A DNA stretch of 64,000 bases from an uncultured beta proteobacterium. Its GTDB lineage: Bacteria; Pseudomonadota; Gammaproteobacteria; Burkholderiales; Thiobacillaceae. This document shows positions 54,785 through 62,905 of the stretch, piece by piece; the stretch's first letter is position 1; each line of letters starts with the position of its first letter. The notes under the pieces were generated by a model. It was not told the DNA's origin and searched no databases. It saw only the letters and a program-made list of their open reading frames with translations. The position numbers were made by a program, and so were the translations under genes. The stretch lies in NCBI GenBank assembly GCA_963782495.1, contig CAWAJU010000005.1, positions 204,260 through 268,259 of the forward strand. The letters run 5' to 3'.

Positions 54785-55224
54785 GGATGCAAGCAAAACT
54801 GATACGCAGACCCCATTGTATTCGCCCTGGCGCGAGGAACTCACAACTGGAGACACCGCACAACCCGGTCCCAAGTGGAAAACCGCCGCCGTTCGTCGGC
54901 GCATTGTAAAGCGAATTAACCGGAAAAACGCCAAGCTCTTCGTCGGCTTTCCGCCAAGCTTGATGGCGCACTGTCGGCAGTGACTTCTTCTCCCTCTGTT
55001 TCACGCCGGTCCGTACGCGTTTCGATCTGCGCCGCGTATTGATTTTCAAACGTTTTCTTGCCGCCTCAACCAGATGGGCAAAACGCTTGCCGCGGACCCG
55101 TTTTCAATCTTTAAAGACACCCTTTTATCTTGTTCACAACCCCGGGTTTTCTGGCACGGAAATCTTGTTCAAGTCATGAATATCACGGTCGATAACTCCG
55201 GTAGGCAATAACAAAAAACCTGAA

Positions 55225-56667
55225 ATGCAAATCCCGGTTGCCCTGTCCTCGCAGTACCTGCCCAGGTCGCAGACTCTGGCGACCACTGACGCCCTTTGTA
55301 CTGCGTTGTCCGCCGAACAGTATCTGCAGCTGCAGGCTGAGGTATTGGGTCGCGGCCAATTTGCCGAGGCGGCAACCGCACTCGCCCAGCAACTTGCCTG
55401 CAGACTGGCTTGCGATCGAGTCAGTATCGGCTGGCTCAGCCGCCATGGAATGCTTGTAGCGGCGACCTCCTATGTAGCAGAATTACACGTGCGTCAGGAA
55501 ACCGCCCGGCTGGTCGGCGCTGCAATGGATGAGGCGGCCGAGCAGGGCAGCGCCCTGATCCACCCCGAGCCGGAAGGCGGCAAGCCTCGAATTCGGCTGG
55601 CCCATGAGGAATTGGCACGGCGCCAAGGCTATGCGCTGTGCACCGTCCCTTTAGTTCACGGCGGGACCGTGGTCGGCGCTTTCACGCTGGAACGCCGGGA
55701 GGGGTGCTTCAGCGTTGAAGAAGGGATGCTTTACGAACATCTCGCCTGCATGCTGGCGCCTGTCCTCGCACTCAAACACGAGAACGACCTTTCGCTCTGG
55801 CAACGCGGCCTGATCGCCGCCAAGATCCGCCTGCGCTGGGGTACCGGCACAGCAGTAAGCAAGCCGCACATTTTCGGGCTTACTGCGGGCTTTGCTCTGC
55901 TCGCTTTCATCGCACTGTTCCCCTTTACCTATAGCGTCAGCGCGCCAGCGCGCCTCGAAGGCGCGTTCCAGCGAGTATTGTCCGCGCCCACTGATGGCTT
56001 CTTGAGCAAGGTCTACGTGCGCCCCGGCGATCGGGTGAAAGCCGGACAGATGCTGGCCGAACTGGCCGATCAGGACCTGCTGGTCGAGCAACGCGGCTTG
56101 CAAGCCGAGCTGGCCCAGAACGAAAACGCGCTGGTTGCCGCACAGGCCAAGGGAGATCGAGCCGAATACGGCATCAACCAAGGCAAGGCCGAGGCGGCAC
56201 AGGCCAAGTTGGAACTGATCCAGCAACAACTGGAACGTGCGCATGTGCGCGCGCCATTTGACGGCGTGATTATCAAGGGCGACCTGAGCCAGTCGGTCGG
56301 GGCTCCGCTGGAGCGCGGTGCCGAGCTCCTCACGCTGGCTCCGGACACTGGCTACCGGGTGATGATCGAAGCGGAAGAGAGCGAAGTGGCCGAACTGAAG
56401 CCCGGCCAGAGCGGCCGCTTAATCCTCGCGGCCATGCCTGTCCAAACCATGCCGATCCGATTGGAGCGGATCACTTCACTTGCGACCACGGAGAATGGCC
56501 GGCATTACTTTGCCGTGTATGCAGCCCTGGACTGCAGGCAGCCCGGCCTGCGCCCGGGCATGCAGGGCGTGGCCAGGATAGCGGTGGACCGGCGCCCCAT
56601 GCTGATGAACTGGCTCACGCGCAGTTTCAGTTGGTTGCGCTTCAAGCTCTGGTCCTGGGGCGCCTGA
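55225..56667 (+). CDS. GAF-domain / transmembrane / HlyD-like periplasmic adaptor protein
   Basis: 480 aa. N-terminal about 190 aa is GAF-like (VSIGWLS...ALCTVPLVHGGTVVGAFTLER). One TM helix (IFGLTAGFALLAFIALFPF). Then a lipoyl/coiled-coil/beta-barrel pattern typical of the HlyD/MFP family (GFLSKVYVRPGDRVKAGQMLAEL, VRAPFDGVI). Confidence 0.75.
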   Translation: MQIPVALSSQYLPRSQTLATTDALCTALSAEQYLQLQAEVLGRGQFAEAATALAQQLACRLACDRVSIGWLSRHGMLVAATSYVAELHVRQETARLVGAAMDEAAEQGSALIHPEPEGGKPRIRLAHEELARRQGYALCTVPLVHGGTVVGAFTLERREGCFSVEEGMLYEHLACMLAPVLALKHENDLSLWQRGLIAAKIRLRWGTGTAVSKPHIFGLTAGFALLAFIALFPFTYSVSAPARLEGAFQRVLSAPTDGFLSKVYVRPGDRVKAGQMLAELADQDLLVEQRGLQAELAQNENALVAAQAKGDRAEYGINQGKAEAAQAKLELIQQQLERAHVRAPFDGVIIKGDLSQSVGAPLERGAELLTLAPDTGYRVMIEAEESEVAELKPGQSGRLILAAMPVQTMPIRLERITSLATTENGRHYFAVYAALDCRQPGLRPGMQGVARIAVDRRPMLMNWLTRSFSWLRFKLWSWGA

Positions 56668-56668
56668 C

Positions 56669-58819
56669 ATGGCAACGGATTCACTGTTCAGCCCCAACTG
56701 GTATCGGGTTTGCGCCTTGCATCCGCAACTGGGCGGGCATGTCCGGGTCCAGCGTCAACCCAGCCGCGACCGCCAATGGTATGTGCTCATCGATGGCGCA
56801 AGCGGCCGTCAGCATCGGGTCAATGACCTTGCCTACCAGTTTGTCGGGCGTTGCAATGGCCGCTACAACGCGCAGCAGATCTGGGAAAGCCTGTTCGAAA
56901 CCCTGGCCGATGATACTCCCACCCAGGATGAGATCGTCCGTCTGATCGGCCAGTTGGTTGAAGCTGGTTTACTGCAAGTGGAAAAACAGTCGGATGTGGA
57001 AGCCTTGTTCGAACGCCATCAGGAACGCGCCGGCAGGATTCGCCGCAGCGCCCTCAACCCCCTGTCGTTCCGTATCCCCTTGTTCAACCCGGCTTCACTG
57101 CTGCAACGCCTTGATGGTGTCGCCCAGCAGATCTTCAGCCCCTGGGTGCTTTGGCTGTGGCTGGTCATCATGGGCATTGCACTGATGACGGCATTTGCCC
57201 ACTGGAATGAACTGCGCGCCCAAGCTGCCACCACCATGCTGACGCCGCGCTATCTCATCCTGCTGTGGCTGTGTTTTCCGCTCATCAAGGCGTTGCATGA
57301 ACTGGCTCATGGTCTGGCGGTTCGCCGCTGGGGCGGCGAGGTCACGCAGATGGGTGTGGCCCTGCTACTCCTGGTGCCTGCGCCCTACGTCGACGCGTCG
57401 GCGGCCTCGGCCTTCCGTCCAGCCTACCAGCGGGTCATGGTGAGCGCGGCCGGAATCATGACCGAGTTGCTGCTTGCCGCCTTAGCCCTAATGGTCTGGC
57501 TCAATGTCGAGCCTGGCCTGGTACGTGACATCGCCTTCGTCTTCCTGTTCATCGGTAGCGTCTCGACCGTGCTGTTCAACGGCAATCCGCTGCTGCGCTT
57601 TGATGGCTATTACATGTTGAGCGACGCGCTCAATCTGCCCAACCTGGCCACACGCAGCAGCCGTTACTGGGCCTACCTGGCGCAACGCTATCTGCTCAAG
57701 CTACCCGATCCGGCATCTGTCGAGCCCGGCCACGGGGAGCGCTTCTGGCTCTTGCTCTACGCGCCCCTGGCGTGGGCTTACCGACTGCTCATCAGCCTGG
57801 TGATCGCATTCTGGATCGCTTCAAAATCCGCCCTTCTGGGGCTGGCTGTGGGCCTGTACATGCTCCACGGCAGTCTGGCAAAACCGATTTACCGCGTGTT
57901 GCACTTCGCCTTCTTCTCCCCAAGCTTGGGCAACCGGCGCCTGCAAGCCCGAGCCCTCGCGTCTGCGACCCTGGTCCTGGCGGTCGTGGCGCTGGCGGCC
58001 TTGCCCATACCTTCCAACACTACCGCTGAAGGCGTGGTCTGGCTGCCGGAAAAGGCTCAATTGCGCGCCGAGACCGGCGGCTTCGTAGTCAAACTACTGG
58101 CCCGCGACGGCGAGCGCGTGCGGACCGGTCAACTGATCGCCGTTCTGGAAGATCCCACCCTGATCACCCAGCAGCAGGATCTGCAAAGCCAGTATGACGC
58201 CTTGCGCACCGAATATTTCGAATCCCTGCTGAGCAATCCGCTGAAAGCCAGGAACGCCGACCAGGCGCTGCAGAAAATCCGACCGGAACTCGAGCGTAGC
58301 GAGGACAAGCTCGCGCAACTCAAGGTGCGCGCCCAAACCGACGGCACCCTCGTCATGCCCGGACAGCAGGACCTGCCGGGCGTGTTCGTGAAGCAGGGCG
58401 CCCTGCTCGGCTATGTGTTCAGTCCCGATCAGGTGAGGGTACGCGCAGTGGTCGACGAAAAGGATATTGCCTTGGTTCGCAAGCGCACGCGGGCAGTCGA
58501 TGTACTGCTGGCAGAAAACGCCCGGCAGCCTCTGCGCGCCAGCCTCGCGCAAGAGACCCCGGCAGCCACGCACACCCTGCCCAGTCCCGCGCTCGGCGAC
58601 CGGGCAGGCGGCAGCCAGATTACCGATCCCACTGACCAGGACGGCGTGCAAACCCTGGAGCCGGTATTTCTGGTGGACCTGTTACTGCCGCGCGATGCCA
58701 CGCGTCGCGTGGGTGGGCGCGCCTGGGTGCATTTCGACCATGGCACCGAACCGCTTGCTCTGCAATGGGGCCGCCGTCTCCGGCAGCTCTTCCTCAAGCA
58801 TTTCGACCAAGCGGCTTGA
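56669..58819 (+). CDS. PqqD-like (RRE) domain / M50 site-2-protease-like membrane metalloprotease / HlyD-like domain fusion
   Basis: 716 aa, starting 2 nt after the upstream stop. N-terminal WYVLIDGASGRQHRVNDLAYQFVGRCNGRYNAQQIWESL...LVEAGLL is PqqD-like. HELAHG (HExxH) in a TM helix plus NGNPLLRFDGYY (M50 second motif). C-terminal GFVVKLLARDGERVRTGQLIAVLED plus a coiled coil is HlyD-like. Confidence 0.75.
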   Translation: MATDSLFSPNWYRVCALHPQLGGHVRVQRQPSRDRQWYVLIDGASGRQHRVNDLAYQFVGRCNGRYNAQQIWESLFETLADDTPTQDEIVRLIGQLVEAGLLQVEKQSDVEALFERHQERAGRIRRSALNPLSFRIPLFNPASLLQRLDGVAQQIFSPWVLWLWLVIMGIALMTAFAHWNELRAQAATTMLTPRYLILLWLCFPLIKALHELAHGLAVRRWGGEVTQMGVALLLLVPAPYVDASAASAFRPAYQRVMVSAAGIMTELLLAALALMVWLNVEPGLVRDIAFVFLFIGSVSTVLFNGNPLLRFDGYYMLSDALNLPNLATRSSRYWAYLAQRYLLKLPDPASVEPGHGERFWLLLYAPLAWAYRLLISLVIAFWIASKSALLGLAVGLYMLHGSLAKPIYRVLHFAFFSPSLGNRRLQARALASATLVLAVVALAALPIPSNTTAEGVVWLPEKAQLRAETGGFVVKLLARDGERVRTGQLIAVLEDPTLITQQQDLQSQYDALRTEYFESLLSNPLKARNADQALQKIRPELERSEDKLAQLKVRAQTDGTLVMPGQQDLPGVFVKQGALLGYVFSPDQVRVRAVVDEKDIALVRKRTRAVDVLLAENARQPLRASLAQETPAATHTLPSPALGDRAGGSQITDPTDQDGVQTLEPVFLVDLLLPRDATRRVGGRAWVHFDHGTEPLALQWGRRLRQLFLKHFDQAA

Positions 58820-58827
58820 CGACTGAC

Positions 58828-60816
58828 ATGGCCTGCCTTCTACCCACCTCCACGTTGCCGCAACCCGGCCTGATCTGGGGTCTTTATCCGGAAAAACCCC
58901 GGCCGGCCGGCGACCCGTCCTGGACCAGTCGTCTGAGCGCCTTATCCGCACGCTTTGCCAGGCCTGGTCTGCGCTTCCATACCGCAATCGCGATACGCTC
59001 CGAGGCACTGGAGCAGAGCCTGGGCAGTCAGGACAGCGCCGCCTTCGCCCAGGCGGTCAAAACGCTCAGGCAGGAGCTATCCCGCCGGGGCCTTACGCCC
59101 GAACTCATCACTCAAGCCTTCGCCCTGGTCAGTCTGGCCTGTCGGCGCCACCTCGGCCTGTCGCCGTTCACCGCCCAGCGGATCGCCGCGTCCATCATGT
59201 TGGAAAACCGGCTGGCGGAAATGGCCACTGGCGAGGGCAAGACCCTGGTTGCCGCCCTGGTTGCCGGGACCGGCGGGTTGGCAGGCATGCCCGTGCACGT
59301 GCTGACCGCCAATGATTATCTGGTGGCGCGCGATGCGGAAAGGCTTAAGCCCGTCTATGAATCGCTGGGGCTTGCGGTCGGCGCCGTGCAGCAAACCATG
59401 GACAGCCGCGCCCGGCGTGCCGCCTATGCCTGCGACATTACCTACTGCACGGCCAAGGAATTGGTCTTCGATTATTTGCGCGATCAGCCCTTGCGCGAGC
59501 GTACCGAGCTGGCCAGGCGCGCCGCGCGACTTGAAGGGCCAGCCGTTGCCGGCCCCAGCACCCTGCTGCGCGGCTTGTGCATGGCCGTGATCGATGAAGC
59601 AGACAGCATATTAATCGACGAGGCGCGCGTGCCCTTGGTCATTTCCGAATTGCACCACCAAGCCGACAAGCAGGAAGCCACGGTGCAACTGTTGCATCTG
59701 GCCACCGGTCTGCAACGGGGTAAAGACTTTCTCCTGGAAGTCCAAAGCCAGTCTGCGGCGCTGACCGAGGCCGGACGCGCGCAGCTGGCGGCACACGCCG
59801 GAAACTTGCATCCCGCCTGGCGTAATCGCCGTCTCGGCGAAGAGAATCTTTGCCTCGCTCTTGCCGCTCTGCACCTGTTCCAGCGCGACCAACATTATCT
59901 GGTACGCGCCGGCGCCGTGCATATCATCGATGAAACCACCGGCCGTCTCGCGACCGGACGTACCTGGTCGCGTGGCCTGCATCAACTCATCGAGATCAAG
60001 GAGAACTGCCAGCCCAGTGGCGAAACCGTCACCCGGGCGCAAATCACTTACCAACGCTTCTTCCCCCGGTATCTCAGGCTGTGCGGGATGAGCGGCACAC
60101 TCGCCGAATCGCGCGGCGAACTGGCGCGCATCTACAGGCTGCCAGTTGTGCGCGTTCCGCTGCGCCTGCCCAACCGCCGCATTGAAACCAGTCATCGCGT
60201 CTTTCTCAAGCGCAGCCAGCAATGGCAGGCAGTGACCGAGCGGGCGGGCGAGCTGCTGCGCTCCCAGCGGCCGGTGTTGATAGGCACGGACTCGGTCGCC
60301 GATTCCGAAAGTCTGTCCGCGCACCTGGTCCGGGCCGGACTGCCGCATGCCGTGCTCAATGCGCGCAATGATGGAGAGGAAGCCGCCATTGTCGCCCTGG
60401 CCGGCCAAGCCGGCCGCATTACCGTCGCCACCAACATGGCCGGCCGCGGCACTGACATTCCCCTTGGTCCGGGCGTCGCCGCGCGCGGCGGACTGCACGT
60501 GATCGGTTGTCAGATGAACAGCGCGCGACGCATCGATCGCCAACTCAAGGGCCGCTGTGCACGCCAGGGCGACCCCGGCAGTGCGGAATCCGTGCTGAGT
60601 CTGGACGCCCCGCTCGTCGCACGTAACCTGCCCAAGGATCTACTGCACCTGGCCGGAAAACTGGCCGGGCGCGCGAACGGCCGACTGCCTGGCTGGCTGG
60701 GGAGACTGCTCGCCGCCCTGGCGCAGCGTCTGGAAGAATCCCGCCATCAGGGACAGCGCGCCCTGCTGCTGCATCAGGATCAGCAAATCGACCGCCAGCC
60801 GGTGTTCAGGGACTAG
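58828..60816 (+). CDS. Truncated SecA-like ATPase (second SecA paralogue)
   Basis: ORF 58765..60816 with start taken at MACLLPTS (58828). [38 protein letters not shown] and RQLKGRCARQGDPGS align block by block with the canonical SecA at 17530..20244. It ends about 70 aa after NBD2. Confidence 0.8.
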   Translation: MACLLPTSTLPQPGLIWGLYPEKPRPAGDPSWTSRLSALSARFARPGLRFHTAIAIRSEALEQSLGSQDSAAFAQAVKTLRQELSRRGLTPELITQAFALVSLACRRHLGLSPFTAQRIAASIMLENRLAEMATGEGKTLVAALVAGTGGLAGMPVHVLTANDYLVARDAERLKPVYESLGLAVGAVQQTMDSRARRAAYACDITYCTAKELVFDYLRDQPLRERTELARRAARLEGPAVAGPSTLLRGLCMAVIDEADSILIDEARVPLVISELHHQADKQEATVQLLHLATGLQRGKDFLLEVQSQSAALTEAGRAQLAAHAGNLHPAWRNRRLGEENLCLALAALHLFQRDQHYLVRAGAVHIIDETTGRLATGRTWSRGLHQLIEIKENCQPSGETVTRAQITYQRFFPRYLRLCGMSGTLAESRGELARIYRLPVVRVPLRLPNRRIETSHRVFLKRSQQWQAVTERAGELLRSQRPVLIGTDSVADSESLSAHLVRAGLPHAVLNARNDGEEAAIVALAGQAGRITVATNMAGRGTDIPLGPGVAARGGLHVIGCQMNSARRIDRQLKGRCARQGDPGSAESVLSLDAPLVARNLPKDLLHLAGKLAGRANGRLPGWLGRLLAALAQRLEESRHQGQRALLLHQDQQIDRQPVFRD

Positions 60817-60819
60817 GCC

Positions 60820-62895
60820 ATGATGTATCGATTGTTCCGCGGTTATCTTCCCAAGGCGGTCAATCCGCAGTTCTATCTCACCCGCATGCTGCGCCGCATG
60901 GATCCGCTACGCGCAGCATCCGAGCTGTTACGTTCAGCTTTGAATGTCCTGACAGACGACCTGCTGATCGTCGACACCCAGGGCCGCGTGGTGTTGGCGA
61001 ACCGGCGATTTGCCGATCTGCTGGGCCAGACTCGGCAAACCCTGATCGGGCAGTCGCTCGATACCCTGGCATGGCAGGACAGCCATGGGGAGCCACTTGG
61101 CGCTGGCACCTATCCATGGGAAATCGCGCTCCAGCGGGGCGCTACGACGCGCCTCAACAGGTTATGGCTGACCGATAGTCACGGCGTACGCCGCGCCTTC
61201 CTGGCCAATTGTTCGCCCCTTCCCGTGGGCGACGGCAAGTGCGGGGGCGCCATGATTTCGCTGGATGAGATTGCCGGACTTGACGCAGACAAGATCGAAC
61301 CGCATCGCCCGGTGCATAAAGTCGATGGCGGGACCTACGCCGCAAGCCTGGCCCTGGCCGACACGGCCCATGAGATCCGTTCGTCCCTCAACGCGACGCT
61401 GGGCTTTACCGAGTTGCTGCGCCGCGGCCAGTTCAAGGACGACGCTGACTACCGGTGCCACCTAGATATCGTTCACTCCAGCAGCAGGCATTTGCTGGAA
61501 CTTGTCAACGGCATTCTGGACATTTCCAGTGCGGAATCTGGCGCGTTGGAGGTGAAACTGGGCGACTGCGCACCGTACCGGATTGCGCACGAAGTCGTGC
61601 AAGCCGAGAGCGTCAGGGCTTGCGGAAGGCGCGCGTCCATTGAACTGGTCTGCCCCGGTTCGATTCCCGCATGTATCCAGAGCGACCCGGCGCGCCTGCA
61701 CCAGATTGTCGGCCATCTCGTCCGCCATGTGACCGCGTATTCAAGCGGGGGCGACGTCAAGCTTGTCCTGCGCTTCATCGCGGCGCGTCCTCAGGCACAG
61801 CTTCTGTTCGAAATCAGCAGCAACGAGACAGCAGAAGGCAAGCCGAAAACCCCGATTGAACCGTCAATCCAGGCTGGCCTGGCAACGGCCAGGCGCTTGG
61901 GCGGCGCCGGCCTGGGACTGACACTGAGCCTTCGACTAGCCCGCGCCATCGGTGCTGAACTGGTCATGAGACGCGTCCCTGGCGTTGCCCGAACCTTTGT
62001 GCTCAAGCTGCCCGCCGGCCCGATTGAAGCCATCAGGCTGATCACTCCGGAACAGGCGGCGAGCCAGCAGGGCGGCGCGAATCCGGCGGTTGGTTCACAC
62101 TGGAAACTTTCCCCCGCGCGCGTGCTGATTGTGGATGACGCTCCCGAAAACCGCGAACTGGTGCGCCTGGTCATGGAGGATGCGGGAGCCGTGACCGAAC
62201 AGGCGGAAAACGGCCTCACCGCGGTGGAAAAGGCGCGATCCCGACACTACGACCTCATTCTCATGGATCTGCATATGCCCGGCGCGGATGGCGCCACCGC
62301 AACTCGCCTGCTGCGTCAATATGGCCTGAAGGCACCCATCGTGGCGCTGACCGCGCACTCCTTGAAGAACCTGGAACAGGAGCTTATTGATGCTGGTTTC
62401 ACGGCCTATCTCGCCAAGCCGATAGAAATAGACCGATTGTTGGCCACCGACGCCTCGCTGGTCGGTGGCACCCGTGTTTGCCAGCCGCTTAACAAGCTCG
62501 CTGCGCTGCCGATTAAACCCGTATACGGCAGCAACCTGCCGCAACTGCCCATCGTGTCGCGCCTGGCAGGCAACCCGCGCCTGCAAGCCGCGATCAACAA
62601 ATTTCTTGCCCGCCTTGGCGGCCAGCTAAGCGCGATTGAACTGGCCTGGCAGGCCCGCGATTTCGAGACACTCGCCAGCCTGGCGCACTGGCTAAAGGGA
62701 GCGGGGGGCACAGTGGGGTTCGATTCGTTCAACGAGCCCGCCAAGAGATTGGAACAGCTGTCCAAAACAAAACAGGCGGACGACATGGAGGAAGTGCTAA
62801 TGGAATTGAAGGACATATCTGCACGCATTGTGCGGCCACAGGTCGCGGCCAGTACTTCAACCCCGGGTCCCGAGCAGACACGGGTCAAGCCCTAG
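60820..62895 (+). CDS. Hybrid sensor histidine kinase (PAS - HisKA - HATPase - REC - HPt)
   Basis: 691 aa. PAS-like N-terminus, H-box AHEIRSSLNATLGF, G-box GGAGLGLTLS, receiver VLIVDDAPENRE...LMDLHMPGADG, and a C-terminal HPt-like segment (LAHWLKGAGGTVG). Confidence 0.88.
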   Translation: MMYRLFRGYLPKAVNPQFYLTRMLRRMDPLRAASELLRSALNVLTDDLLIVDTQGRVVLANRRFADLLGQTRQTLIGQSLDTLAWQDSHGEPLGAGTYPWEIALQRGATTRLNRLWLTDSHGVRRAFLANCSPLPVGDGKCGGAMISLDEIAGLDADKIEPHRPVHKVDGGTYAASLALADTAHEIRSSLNATLGFTELLRRGQFKDDADYRCHLDIVHSSSRHLLELVNGILDISSAESGALEVKLGDCAPYRIAHEVVQAESVRACGRRASIELVCPGSIPACIQSDPARLHQIVGHLVRHVTAYSSGGDVKLVLRFIAARPQAQLLFEISSNETAEGKPKTPIEPSIQAGLATARRLGGAGLGLTLSLRLARAIGAELVMRRVPGVARTFVLKLPAGPIEAIRLITPEQAASQQGGANPAVGSHWKLSPARVLIVDDAPENRELVRLVMEDAGAVTEQAENGLTAVEKARSRHYDLILMDLHMPGADGATATRLLRQYGLKAPIVALTAHSLKNLEQELIDAGFTAYLAKPIEIDRLLATDASLVGGTRVCQPLNKLAALPIKPVYGSNLPQLPIVSRLAGNPRLQAAINKFLARLGGQLSAIELAWQARDFETLASLAHWLKGAGGTVGFDSFNEPAKRLEQLSKTKQADDMEEVLMELKDISARIVRPQVAASTSTPGPEQTRVKP

Positions 62896-62905
62896 CGAGT
62901 TTTCC

